From assembly GCA_951406725.2 (NCBI GenBank), contig OX597817.1, forward strand, positions 90,892,001 to 90,956,000: DNA of 64,000 nucleotides. Direction: 5' to 3'. Positions 1-13,210 of this stretch are shown here, in pieces. This DNA comes from Octopus vulgaris (taxonomy: Eukaryota). The notes beneath the pieces were generated by a model that was given only the letters and a program-made list of their open reading frames with translations, was not told where the DNA came from and searched no databases. The translations under genes and the position numbers were made by a program. Positions within the stretch are counted from its first letter, which is position 1. Every line of letters begins with the position of its first letter.

Positions 1-295
1 ACTTATTTAAAGTTTGATTCTTTGGGATAAATTATACGTCATTATTTAAAAAGGGCTAGAATGACAATGCTAAAACATATTTGAAACAATGGACAACAGT
101 CAAAATATCATAATGGATGGGTAAATAAGCATCCTTAAAGTGAAACAATGATATCAAATGTAAACAAAGGTATCAACAAATAGAAGAGAGGGAAGGGAAC
201 ATCACTTTTCAAGTAACCCAGAAAAGGTAAAGGTAAGCTTGCCAAAATTTAATGCAGTTTAAATATGTAGATTACGATAGTTTGGTATTGGATAT

Positions 296-329
296 TCAAC
301 ATGTACAGTGTTCTTCGTCACTTGAATCA
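296..329 (-). CDS. Possible terminal coding exon fragment (xDSSDEEHCTC* or xIQVTKNTVHVEYPIPNYRNLHI*)
   Basis: Minus strand tttatttatttcttctgtccacctacaacag acceptor (AG at 331-330). Two of three frames are open to a stop, and ATTAAA follows at about 252-247. Confidence 0.2.
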
Positions 330-792
330 CTGTTGTAGGTGGACAGAAGAAATAAATAAACAAAATCCTTTCACTTTTATAAAAAGATTTATATATAGAG
401 ATTAGAAACGTATGGAAGACCCTACATACAAAAAGAACTATGTCCAATTACGTGGGAGCTCTGGGCAAAATGTTATAGTGCATGACCATTGTTGAGACAT
501 AAGTAATGTGTGTGTAAAGTTTGGTGAAAATCAATTGAGGATTGTGGAAATGTGTTAGTCATTATACATACACATACTATGATTTATATAGGTGGACAGT
601 GCAAATAAATAAATAGACAAAATGATTTTAACATGAACGTATTAATTTTTTTCTGTCTGCAGAGAAATGGCTAAAATTTGTCCTGTTTATAATTATACCA
701 TATGTTACATATATATATATGTGTGTGTGTGTGTGTGTATACACACATATTCACACAGATTTAAATATGCATATATATAAAGTAGACAACAA

Positions 793-965
793 TCTAGGCT
801 CCATCACTAACCCTATTCTATCTGTTATAGTCTTACGAGCCATCACAGAGGAATTTAAGACAGGCTGCCTATAGGGACACCTTACTTCTCAGTAGACTCT
901 ATAGTGGATTTAGAGAGGAAAATGCAGAAGCAAAAGCCAAAACTAATCATGAGGCCTGAAGGTAA
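793..965 (+). mobile_element. Short decayed RTE-clade RT fragment
   Basis: acagaggaatttaagacaggctgcc closely matches 19373-19397 of the long RTE copy (TEEFKTGC), and the flanks align loosely. Confidence 0.65.
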
Positions 966-1251
966 ATCTATCAAAGATTTTAAAATTGGACACACTACAA
1001 TTACTGCCCTGCTCCTGCACAAACACCAGCCCCATACCACTCATAGCTGAACCCGAAACTCATGTTGTAGGCAATCATCCCTTACGCCACAAAAACACCC
1101 TGACCTTTGAGCAAGGGGCATAACTCTAGATGAATTTTCTCTCAGAACTTTTCCCCACAGGTTTTTCCAGTTTGTTACAACACACACAAACCAAATGCAA
1201 CATATCCTGACCTGCAGTAGCAGAGAGCTGTCACCATACTCTTCACACCAG

Positions 1252-1318
1252 CTCTTCTGATGAGCACTGGGGTAGGGTTTTCTCCTAATTCTAATGTGCA
1301 AAACTTATTGGTAAAATC
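1252..1318 (+). ncRNA. Degenerate type I hammerhead ribozyme motif (Penelope pLTR-type relic)
   Basis: CTGATGA 1257-1263; stem II gcac/gtgc (1264-1267/1296-1299) with internal tagg/ccta pairing; AAAA instead of GAAA (CpG decay) at 1300-1303; C...GTA cleavage triplet at 1311-1313. Confidence 0.4.
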
Positions 1319-1522
1319 ATTTGAAATGGATCTGTATTGCAGCACTGTAAAGATATTAATATGCACACACAAACATACATACACACACACATACCAGTGT
1401 GCCAGCATGGCCACAGCCTTTGGGCTGAAACATATAAAAGAAAATGTGTGTGTGTGTGCACATACGCATGCACATACATACATACCCATATGTATACTTA
1501 TATGTGTGCATGTGTATATTTT

Positions 1523-1701
<179 letters not shown>

Positions 1702-1792
1702 AACTTGAAATAATTGAAGAAGTATAATAAAACTTAAACAACAACACTTCACTGCCAGCACAACCACCACCAACCATAGTAATAAAACGTAC

Positions 1793-1867
1793 ACTAAACT
1801 GAAGTGCCATGAGCCATGGAAGATCTGAAGACGTGATTTCTTTTATTCTGATTTCTACCCAGAGGGC
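1793..1867 (-). CDS. Candidate 75-nt internal exon, [25 protein letters not shown] (phase 0/0)
   Basis: cttgccttttgtag acceptor, AGT|gtacgt donor, open frame, non-repetitive and protein-like. Confidence 0.3.
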
Positions 1868-2082
1868 CTACAAAAGGCAAGTTACAATCTGCCATCCGTT
1901 TTCAATGCTGATAGGAACATTTTTTAAACACCACTATCACCACCACCACCACCACTATTATCAGCACTACCAACATCATTACAAATACTGCCATCACTAC
2001 TATTATCAACAGTACCACAACTATCACAAATATCACCACTGCCATTACATCATAAAACGTAAAGTAGAGCTTAAGAAGATCC

Positions 2083-2280
2083 CAACATGGTTCTTCACTC
2101 TGCTAGAAATAGCAGTCAAATGCTCCTCAAATTACACACAACCATTTTCAGTTAGGAATGTAATGTAGTTATAAGGTAACATAATGCTGCATAGTCTTAA
2201 AAAGCATGATAGTCATGCCTGTATACTTTCCATCATAGATCTGCTCAATTAGCATTGACCTAGGGTTAAATAACAACAGT
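2083..2280 (+). repeat. Interspersed repeat family D (ctagaaatagcagccaaat...ggggctaaacaacaac)
   Basis: Related copies at about 6030-6105, 6125-6250, 6290-6485, 41900-42070, 42115-42165, 56420-56550, 58075-58275, 59975-60085 and 60090-60250. Confidence 0.7.
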
Positions 2281-2611
2281 AATACACACATATTTTGGTA
2301 ATGCTGATGTTTATTCATGTTTCTGTTTATTCAGTGGTATATACACATTACACACACTCATGTCTACGTGTATATTTATACACTGCAGTGTTACACCTAT
2401 GTATTATAGGGATTTGAGAAACTGCAATTAACTAAGATTATTCTTACAATAAAAAGATAAAAGCCCCTTCTAAGAGTGTTTAAAATGTAAACCAACACAC
2501 AAGGGAGATAACAATAATAATATCTGCTAAAGCAGCAGATTGTTTTGCACAAACTTATCTACAACACTGAAGCCTGCTGCTCATGCATATAATATTACAT
2601 GCACAGAGAAG

Positions 2612-2825
2612 GTAGCAAGCTGGTACAATTGTTAGCATGCCAGGCCAAATGCTTCGCAGCATTTTGTCCCTCTTTACGTTCTGAATTCAAATTCTGCTGA
2701 GGTTGACATTGCCATTCATCCTTTCAGGGTCAATAAAATAAGCACCAGTTGAATATTGTGGTCAATGTAATCAACTTATCCCCTCCCCAAAATTGCTGGC
2801 TTTACACCAAAATTGGAAACCAATG
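2612..2825 (+). mobile_element. tRNA-head SINE family B (gagctggcagaa...ttctgagttcaaatt...gcctttcatcctttcggggtc.ataaaataagtacc)
   Basis: B-box-like GAGTTCAAATT. More than 20 related copies in the window. The central motif resembles the Deu/Nin-type SINE core (from recall, unverified). Confidence 0.75.
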
Positions 2826-3069
2826 TTACCTGCAGAGGTAATATTACATATATGCCCAATGGTCACTGCAATATAGGGAAACTGTTTATAAGGCAGAAAT
2901 CAAGTTCAAGGAATCAAATAATGCATCCTGTCTAAAACACTACCCTCAAATGATGGAAGGCTTTAAAATGACTGGATAACCATATCTTATTCAGGAACTA
3001 CAAGAAGTAATACAGATAGACATATATGTATGACATTCAAAAAAGAAAGCCATAAAGTACAACATCAGC

Positions 3070-3300
3070 TGGAGATTAATTGTAAAGTCTTTATAAAATG
3101 GTAGCAGCAGATGTACAGTGGAAAACAAAGCTGATACTGAAAAAAGCTCGCTCATATGGCTATACTTGAATGTGAAATCCAAAACATTCACTCCTTGCTT
3201 ACTGACCTACACCACTGAAACCAGATGTATGGATTCACTCCCTGCTTACATGAGAACATTCTCATTTACTGGACTAGACCATTGTGGCCATCTGTTTTTC
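3070..3300 (+). mobile_element. Highly decayed BEL/Pao LTR-retrotransposon integrase fragment
   Basis: MDSLPAYMRTFSFTGLDHCGHLF resembles the BEL/Pao MxxLPxxR...PFxxTGxDxxGP motif at the start of the integrase core. Confidence 0.4.
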
Positions 3301-4486
3301 TATATCTTTTCTATTTTGGTTCTCATTATCTGACCCCAGGTTCAGAGAGCTGCATTTTGAATGTTTTTTTTTATTCTGTCTTTATTTTTCCATTGCTATC
3401 TTCTTTTCTTTCTTCTCTTCCAGGTTAACAGCAAAGATTTCATACCATGGGGCATAACTTATGTCTTAACACCCCTGCATCAAATTTTCAAGTGACTAAC
3501 TATTAGATAAAATACTTTTGACTTGGGTCTAGCAAGCCTAATGGAATTACCTATGACTTTTTTCACAAGGTATATCCAAATTACAAGGTATATCCAAATA
3601 GACACATCTTTGAGTCATTGCACCAATAACCTGTGAGAAACTGGCAGTAACATTGTTGTTACTTTCATATAATTGTAATATGAAATTATTTAGTACTACT
3701 TTATATACATCTTCTTAGACATATGAACCTACTCCCCATCACTGTGTCAGTTTGTATCATTCTATGTCTCTGTGTGTGTGTGTATATATATATCTCACTG
3801 TATTGACCAGACTATCAGACATTGTTACTCAGCGTTAGTAACAATGTGAGATGGGCAGATTAACATTCCCACTGAACAGAACATGGAATGCCAATCAGTA
3901 ACAAGGTGACACATTTACAGCTGAGTGGACTGGTGAAATGTGAAATAAATTGCTTAGTTCAGAATGCACTACTTGTCTGGGATCTTACAATCATGAGTGC
4001 AGCACCTAATTACCTAGATATGCGCCTTCACACACACATGCACACAAACACACACACACATGTATGCATGTAGAGGTGCAAATATGTCTGGCTAAGTAGC
4101 TTGATTCCAACCATGTGGACTCATTGTATGGTACCTTGGGAAAGTGTCTTCACCTTTAACCCCAGGCTGACAAAAAGCCTTGTCAAAAGGATATGTGTAA
4201 ACTCCAGTTTTGATATCAATGTGATAGTTGTAAACAGACATCGCTATCATACAAGCAAAGTTGTTCATTTTCACTCTTCTAGGAAAAATTTGTCTGGCCA
4301 TGAGAAATATCACCTTGCTTGGAAACAGTTGAAGGTTGGCAACAAGAAAAGCATGTGGTCACAGATAATCTGCCTCAAAAAATTCTATTTGCCGCTTTCA
4401 ATCATGGATGTTTAGCTTTTCATTAATCTAATAGGTTACTCTATACTTTTGTAGAGTACAAATTTATTATTCTTATACAAGAACGT

Positions 4487-4710
4487 TGTATGTATGTATG
4501 TATGTATGTATGTATGTATGTATGTATGTATGTATGTATGTATGTATGTATGTATGTATGTATATATGTATGTATGTATGTACGCATGTATGTATGTATG
4601 TATGCATGCATGTATGTATGTATGCATGCATGTATGTATGTATAAGTATGTGTATGTATGTGCATATATGTATGTATATATGAGAGAGAGAGAGAAAGAG
4701 AGAGAGAGAG
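4487..4710. repeat. (TATG)n plus (GA)n microsatellite
   Basis: Visible directly. Confidence 0.95.
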
Positions 4711-4801
4711 AATGCAGACTACTCTCCAAGAGAATTAGTAGGATCAATAGCTCACATCCTACCATCTTAAAACATGGAAGAAAATGCTGGACAATGAAGT
4801 C

Positions 4802-4871
<70 letters not shown>

Positions 4872-4876
<5 letters not shown>

Positions 4877-5966
4877 TAAATAAATGGAGTTAAATGAAGA
4901 TGTTATTAAAATTCTTTTACTTTTGACATATGTTTTGAAGACAACATGGTATTATTCCAAAGGAATAAACGGTGTAAAATGCAATCTTCTCATCAGGAAA
5001 GAAAGAGAGCCTATCTCAACAGCAAGACATTATAACAATTACGTTGACTGCCTAAATGATAAACAGAACGTTATTAAGTATTTAAAAAAACCGTTAGTAG
5101 ATTTTTCCCAGTTATCTAAGAGAATTTCAAATCATTATTCATCATTTAGGGATAGCAGAAAATGCCATAGCACAGGTCTAAGTAAATTGGTTTGACATCT
5201 TAAAGACAACAATAAAGATTTTAAGTTAGATTGGTTCATCCTGTCTGTATCTTTTCCTTACGATAAGAGCAAGGGATTTTGTAACATTTGCAACTCTGAA
5301 CTCTTCCATATTCTCTTCTCTAAGAATCATCTTGTTAACACACTTATAGAGCGATCTTACAAATGTAAACACTGGCAGAAACATACCTTTAACTCATATA
5401 AGTGATTTTGCCAGTCTTTATAGTTTGAACAGTTAGTTTAACTTGCACTTTACTTCAATAGAGAAATCTGCTTCTAAGACTTTGAACATTTTTTCAACCA
5501 ACGTATCCCCCTTTATTTGTTCTCTACTTATTATTTCTTTAACCCTTCTCTTCCTAGTATCTGCCTTTGACGTTGAATCTACTAACGGTTATTTTAAATA
5601 CTTAATAACGTTCTGTTTATCATTTAGGCAGTCAACGTAATTGTTATAATGTCTTGTTGTTGAGATAGGCTCTCTTTCTTTCCTGATGAGAAGATTGCAT
5701 TTTACACCATTTATTCCTTTGGAATAATACCATGTTATCTTCGAAACATATGTCAAAAAAGCAAAAGAATTTTAATAACATCTTCGTTTAACTCCATTTA
5801 TTTACTTATATTACACAAATTACTGCACATTAACCCGGAGCTTCTACCTTTGAATAAGTCGCTTCATCCGTGTTACTTGCGTGAATTTTGCTACCCTGGT
5901 AACTGTTTATTGAATTTTCCATGTTAACGGTAAACAAAGGATAATTCATTCATCCATTTAAATATT

Positions 5967-5969
<3 letters not shown>
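4872..5969 (+). mobile_element. 5'-truncated Penelope-like element: inverted partial pLTR, GIY-YIG C-terminus, pLTR
   Basis: 5104-5405 translates as KRISNHYSSFRDSRKCHSTGLSKLV*HLK...W.IL...PY......CNICNSE...I......VN...E....CKH..K. 4872-5103 is the reverse complement of about 5576-5810. (TA)n flanks both ends. Confidence 0.85.
5672..5769 (+). ncRNA. Type I hammerhead ribozyme with intact catalytic core in the Penelope pLTR
   Basis: CTGATGA 5683-5689; stem II gaagat/atcttc (5690-5695/5737-5742); GAAA 5743-5746; palindromic stem III ACATATGT; GTC triplet 5752-5754. Stem I is weak and A/T-rich with mismatches. Confidence 0.7.
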
Positions 5970-6014
<45 letters not shown>

Positions 6015-6499
6015 AACACACAAACAAAAAGTTAGGATGATCTAGACAGGAATGCTTTTGATCATAGATCTCAATCAGTGCTGACCAAGGGCTAAACAAA
6101 AACAATGAACTAATGGTGAAGCTTCTACATGGCTGCTTGACTTACTAGAAATAACCATATTTTCCTCATATCACACAATCTGAAGAAAAAGATCGGCTTC
6201 TCATGAAACTTTTGTCATTGATCAGAGTCCACTTAGAGCTAAATGAAAACAGCAAAAACTTCTGGAATCCAAGCCAATAAAATAACTCTAAATGGCTGCT
6301 TGACCTACTAGAGATAGCAGTTAAAGTTCCCTCAAATCACACTCCTGAGGTTCTAGAAAAGGAATCATTGGATAATGTAAACCAGTTTTCCCCTGTACAT
6401 TAGAAAACAACGAGATGCTCACAGCTGAAATGCCTTTGATCATACATTAGCTTGATCAGAGCTGACTTGGAGCTAAGCAAGAACCTCTACCAATATATT

Positions 6500-7130
6500 A
6501 TCTCAGATTAAGCCAATTAAACAAAGATTCAAAATACGATAGAGAGACATTATGATATTGTCAATACCAAGAAGAATGAAGTATTGCCAACACCATCTAA
6601 ACATACCTTAAAAGTATTAAGAAAAGGAATATATGGTATAATCCACCTTACAATACATGTATAAAAACCAGTATTGCAAAAATTAAAACAAAAAACACTT
6701 TCTTGAACAGCAAAGAATTCCATCAAACTGTTCACCAAAAAGTGGCATACTGAGACATCAAGTACCTCAATGCAAAAACCCAGCAAACAAAAGACTAAGG
6801 AAGCTGACATGCAAATATTGAAGTGTAAAATTTTGATCCTTACGAGGGTAAAACTTAAAGGAAACTTTTGATCTTTCCACCAGCAATGCACCAAAAAGTT
6901 ACATTGGACTTACAGAGAACAGCTTCAAAAGTCTCCTGCATGGCTCATTCCATCATTAACACAACAACACTATCAAGGAATGATTAAAAATCAAGAGACA
7001 AAAGTGTAACCAATACTATTTCATAGGTAGTGTTAGATAAAGGACAGGCATTTAAGAAACAATCTGAGTGTTGCAACCTTTGCCTGACAGATTGCTTCCA
7101 TTTCATTATCTTGCAGAAATGAACATATAT
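6500..7130 (+). mobile_element. Decayed Penelope-like ORF fragment (linker before GIY-YIG)
   Basis: 6620-6680 reads (with a frameshift) RK.NIWYNPPYNTCIKTSIAK, matching the Penelope RKRxIIWFNPPYS..VKT motif. Boundaries approximate. Confidence 0.55.
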
Positions 7131-7400
7131 TAGAGTTTACACACTTCCAGTATAAAATCCTATTCAGTGCCTGTATGTTTTTGTATAGCACGAACAACAT
7201 ATCATCATCATCCTTTAATATCCATTATCCATGCTGGCATGACTTAGACATTCTGAGTCATTTGTTTTGGCTTAGTCTCTACAGATGGATGGCCTTCCTA
7301 ATGCCAACCTCTTTACAGAGTTTACTGGGTGTCAACTACATGTTACCAGCACAGGTGCCTTTTATGTGTCACTGGCATGGGTACCTTTTATGTGTCACTG

Positions 7401-7449
<49 letters not shown>

Positions 7450-7972
7450 GTGCATACACACACACTCATATATATATATATATATATTGATATATAGACA
7501 CACACACACACATGTAAATATATATTGTTAAATGCAGGCACTACTGTATGATTAAGAAATTTGCTTTATAGTCACATGGTTTTTAAGTACAGTCTTATTG
7601 CATAGCACCAAGGATAGCTGTTTTCTACAGCCATGGTTTGATCAATGTCTTGTAAGTAGATTTTTTTTGACAGAAATTGAAAGAAGCATGTGTGTGTATG
7701 TGTGTCTCTCTCTCTTTGTCTTGACATTATACATTAACTGTAAACAACCATTATTGTCATACAAGCAGGAGAAGTATTACCATGTTTGAAAACAGGAGAT
7801 GGATGGCAGCAGGAAGAGCATACAGCAATAAAAAATTGGCCTCAATGAATTTTGACAAACTCATGCACTCATGTAAAAGTGGATACTAAAATCATGAAGA
7901 TGATAATTATATAAGTAACTACAATGTTTCACTATTATATTATATAATATTCACTATTATGTTATATTTCAC

Positions 7973-8003
<31 letters not shown>

Positions 8004-8589
8004 AATAATAATGAAAATAATCATTCATGGGTTATCGTCATTGTCATTAAAAGATGCCACAAATAATAAGATTCTGTTACAATTTAGAATATAATCAACA
8101 ATAGAGTGCACAGGCGTGTAATAATTATCAATTAAAAACATTGGTTAATTTGGTTTACATGTTAAAAGAAATTAACATTAAAACTAAAAATATAATTAAA
8201 GTTTCAATAATGAAATTTATGTTAAATGTTTTATAGAGACATTAATTTTTGTTTGACTTTTTTTAGGATTTTTCTGCTTTTCAATTTTTTTTTTCCAACT
8301 GAACTCATAAAAAATAGTTTAGGTAATGGTATAATCATGTATTCTTATTAAAACATGGTATATGTTTACAGAATTACAGTTTGGTAAATAACAGGGTAGT
8401 ATATAAACTAATAGCATCTCCCCGTGCTACACACATACACACACACACACGACACAGCCTACTCTGCTGAAAGCAAATTTCTTTGAATTTATTATAAGAA
8501 AAACATTAAAAAAGTATATAGAAAGGGCATACATAGATACACTCATATATGCATGTATGGGGGTATGTTCATATATATATGTATGCGTT

Positions 8590-8651
<62 letters not shown>

Positions 8652-8744
8652 GTTTATAAACACACATATATACACACATATAAATATATGTAAGTGTATA
8701 TATATAAACACACATATATACACACACATAAATATATGTAAGTG

Positions 8745-8778
<34 letters not shown>

Positions 8779-9222
8779 AAATAAGCCTCCCCTCCAAGTT
8801 TGAACATATTACACTTTACAAATGGTTCCGTGCAGAGAAGAATAATTTAATTCTATGTCCATCAATTTCCACTATTATTCCCTGCTAGGTTAATAACTTT
8901 CACTAAAATTCTAAAACAGTTAAATGCTCCATCAGTTTTCATTTGGAAACATTTTACCAAAATTTATTTTCTTAATTTTGTCTTGTGTATACATGTATTT
9001 ATTGTGTATTTATGTGTGCCTGCTGTATATGTGTGCTTATTTATTGCAAACTCAGTTTTAGTTGGAATTTAACGGTTGCAGGGTAGGTACTGGGAGTGTT
9101 TTTGGTTTCCTTGTTTATTTGTTTGTTTCCTCTCTCTATTACAAATACATTATTTACTAGCTTTAAATATTTTGCAAAACAATGTTTAATATAAAGAAAG
9201 AATTTGAATGAGAGCAAAACAT

Positions 9223-9573
<351 letters not shown>

Positions 9574-10321
9574 GGACCTTGTAGCAAGTAAAAGAAATGT
9601 TATCTTTATTATTATTATTTTTTAATAGCCTAAAGACTTGTATTCCAAACTGAAATATAGACGTTTACACATAAATGATGTGTGTGTGTCTGTGTAATCA
9701 CTATTGATAATTTTAAAGTTAAGAACTGCATTGAAATAAAATCTAAATAACAGAGCTTTTTTACTTAGAAAAAGGGGAAAAGGGATATTTTAACATTCTC
9801 TTGACAGAATTCATTATCATGGTGATGATGGTTGTTATTATCATCATAATCATTACCATCCTTTTTATCATCATCATAACTATCATTATCACTACCACAA
9901 ATTATAATCACCACCACCACTACCATTATAATTGTTACCACCATCACCATCATAATCATCATCATCTAACATCCTATTGTAGGGTTTGCTATGTCTGTTA
10001 AACCAGATATATCTCTAAATTACTTAATCCTCATCATCATTTAATGTCTGTTTTTGGTGCTGGCAGGGATTCAATGGTTTGATATGAGCTGGCAAGCAAG
10101 AGGACTATGCCAAGCTCCATTGTCTGTTTTAGTATGGCTTCTACGGTCAGATGCCCTTCCTAACACCAACCACATCACAGAGTGTACTAGACACTTTTCA
10201 CATAGCACCATCTCCAGTGAGGTCACAAAGTAACTTGTAAGACAAAGATCCCCCGACTGTGAGAGGGAGTGGTATAGAGGGAGGTGGTTTGCCCCAGTTG
10301 GTGAGAGATTAAAAGAATAAC

Positions 10322-10810
10322 ACATTGTAACATGATTTTTGTCCTTGGGTAGTAACTGTTATTTCCTACTTGCTTACCCTTAGAAAGTAAGAAAAATGGA
10401 TATTTTCTTCAACCTTTGCTTTTCTTACACTTATTGAAACCCCAAAGAATCCATCTCAACACATGGCTATGATGCTCCCCCACTACACTTGCTCATGATC
10501 AGCGATGCACATATTGTCACCAACCAAGAGATATCCTCAAGTGGTTATGGTCAAACAAATGATAAGCAAATCTGTGGTACTGAGCAGAATATTTGCTATA
10601 ACAATATTTCTGCTTCAGCAACTCAGTACTGAATCTGTCTGAAATGTAATGGAAAATAGGTCAGTTTCAAAACATTGATGTCTAGGCCACAGAAGCAAAG
10701 TTTGAAGGGAATAATAGTAATTTCCTTTGATTTCTAAATAGAATCAAATAAGAAATAACACTTACTGACCAAAGACAAAAAAAATTTTTAATTATAATTT
10801 TGTTACACAG
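10322..10810. mobile_element. Old MITE-like element with imperfect terminal inverted repeats
   Basis: tgtaaca...tttttgtccttgggtagtaactgttatttcctacttg pairs with caaataagaaataacacttactgaccaaagacaaaaa...tgttaca. Confidence 0.5.
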
Positions 10811-11270
10811 TTAAATAGAAGAGAGATAGGAGTCTTGCTGTAGAAGAGAAACAAGGATTCCTCAATCTTGCTATACATCCTTCATCAGACCCAAAACTCA
10901 ATTACATTCTCCCTCATTTATATCTCCTTTGGTTACCACCCCATATTTCATATGCATGTCAGTGCAGTTGATGCATCTGCATTTATATCATTGCATCCTT
11001 CTAATGTACACAACCTCTTTCTGGATTCCCTTTCTCTCAGCCCTTCCATAAAAATAACATCATAAAACAATTTTGGTTGTACCTGACTTCTGTTTCTCTA
11101 ACTTAAGCTATAAACCACTTCCACCCCAGTAAACACCCATCTATTTGTCTGTCCTTCTTGTTGACTATATTATATTTTACTGGTTAGACCTTGATTTGAA
11201 CTCTCCATCTGTTCATTCTTTTTGCAAACTGCTGCAGCATTCTGGAATTCCTTCCTTAGATATACTGTCA
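10810..11270 (+). mobile_element. Very decayed CR1/L2/Jockey-group LINE remnants
   Basis: ILVVPDF (APE GDFN-like) near 11070-11090 and F..TAAAFWNSLP near 11220-11257, a typical 3' ORF2 motif. Confidence 0.35.
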
Positions 11271-11712
11271 CTGCTATTGTGGTAAGTATTATTGTTATTA
11301 CCAGCTAGCCCTGTGCCATCAAAAATGACAGCTAATCGTAGTATTTTATAAATAAATAAGGTACATAATGGTCACAGATACATACATTGGTATACTTCCC
11401 TTGTACATGTACACGCACATACTCACAAACAGTTGAAATGCTGTTTGATTTTTTTTTCAACATTAAATGTTCACCATCCCACTTTCAGTTTGATATCACC
11501 CGTTCCATCCTTATTCATCTATCAAAACCTTCCTTTCTCATTCGTATGTTGTAACAGAGAAATACACAAGAGTATTATTTTAGTAGATTATAGCTGCTGT
11601 TGTTATTGTTGCTTTTATTGCTGCTGCCATTACTGAAGTTGCTGTTGTTGCTATTGCTAATGAAATGTTAATGCTGTGCTTATTCTTGTTATTATTGTTG
11701 TCACTATTAATC

Positions 11713-12365
11713 TTTTATCTGTTTCAGACTGTAGCCATGCTGGAGCACCACCTTAAAGAACTTGAAGTCAAATGAATCACCCCCAGTACTTATTTTTCTT
11801 TTAAGACTGGTCTCTCAGTCTGTTTTTGGCAAACTACTAAGGTACGGGGAGGTATGAAGAGGTGCTGAAAAGTTTCTGAATCACAAGAGACCTGGTTGGA
11901 GGCCCAACCTTCCAAGTTCTTTTACAGGGCTTAGGAAAACTGAAGGACCGCTGCCGTAAGTGTGTGAATCTGAGAGGGAAATATGTTGAATAAAATCATA
12001 ATTAATTGATCCTCCTGTATTTTCTTTTAACCAAAGCCAGAAACTTTTAGCACCCCCTCATAAACAAACCAACACCAGTTGTCAAGCACACACACATTTT
12101 CTTTTAACCAAAGCCAGAAACTTTTAGCACCCCTCATAAACAAACCAACACCAGTTGTCAAGCACACACACACACACATACACACACACACTCATACATT
12201 GATATAAGACAGGCTTTTTTTCAGTTTCCGTCAACCAAATCCACTCACAAGGTTTTGGTCAACCTGTAGCTGTAGTAAAAAATGCTTGCCCAAGGTACCA
12301 CACAGTGAGACTGAACCTGGAACAATGTGATTGGGAAACAGGCTTCTTATCACACAGCCATACCA
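11713..12365 (-). mobile_element. tRNA-head SINE family A (internal microsatellite), interrupted by a mariner MITE
   Basis: Reverse complement of the family seen at 46950-47355. Confidence 0.75.
11855..12060 (+). mobile_element. 206-bp mariner-derived MITE
   Basis: TA target duplication (11853-11854, 12061-12062); TIRs tgaagaggtgctgaaaagtttctg / cagaaacttttagcaccccctca; internal GLGKLKDRCRKCVNLRGKYVE* mariner C-terminus. Confidence 0.8.
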
Positions 12366-12659
12366 CTTGTTTAATTCTCTTTAAACCTAATGGATAACAA
12401 AGACTATCACACTGGGTCATTTCACCATCATCCATTATATATAACCAAAGATCCAAATTATGGAGGAGGAGAGAGTATGCATACTTAAAGCAGCATCCAA
12501 AAGTGTGCAATTAATTATTTTCTTATTCTACTAGCAGCTACCTACCCTCCAGCCAGAATAACAAAAAACAAAATTGGCTTCAGTGGGAATTAAACACAGA
12601 GCAGACACATTTATAATTGAATACTTTTGAGAATTATGTAATAATAATTAATATTTATT

Positions 12660-13115
12660 TATTTATAGCCCACAGGGGGCTAAACATAGAGGGGACAAAC
12701 AAGGACAGACAAAGGGATTAAATCGATTACATTGACCCCAGTGCATAACTGGTACTTATTTAATTGACCCCAAAAGGATGAACGGCAAAGTCAACCTCAG
12801 CAGAATTTGAACTCAGAATGTAATGGCAGACAAAATACTGCTAAGCATTTTGCCCGGTGAGCTAATGATTCTGCCAGCTTGCCACCTTTAAATATTAATA
12901 TTATTCTAATATAGGCACAAGCCCAGAGTCACAAGGTTCGAAACAGTAATGGAAAGGGTTAATCATTTCCAGTGGTCCCAGTACTTAACTGGTACTTCAT
13001 TTCATCAACTCTGAAAGGATGAAAGGAAAAGTTGACCTCAGCAGGATTTGAAATCAGAACATAAAGAGCAGGAAGAAATACTATAAAACATTTTCTTCAA
13101 TGCTCTGACAATTCA
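12660..13115 (-). mobile_element. Two tandem SINE family B copies
   Basis: Reverse complement of family B motifs (ggtacttattt..ttgacccc.aaaggatgaa...atttgaactcagaa). Confidence 0.75.
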
Positions 13116-13136
13116 GGCAATAAATAAATAAATGAA

Positions 13137-13210
<74 letters not shown>

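Noticed and set aside
4884-5195. 103-aa ORF as a host gene
   Set aside because: It is a chimera of the inverted pLTR (antisense, non-coding) and the Penelope endonuclease tail.
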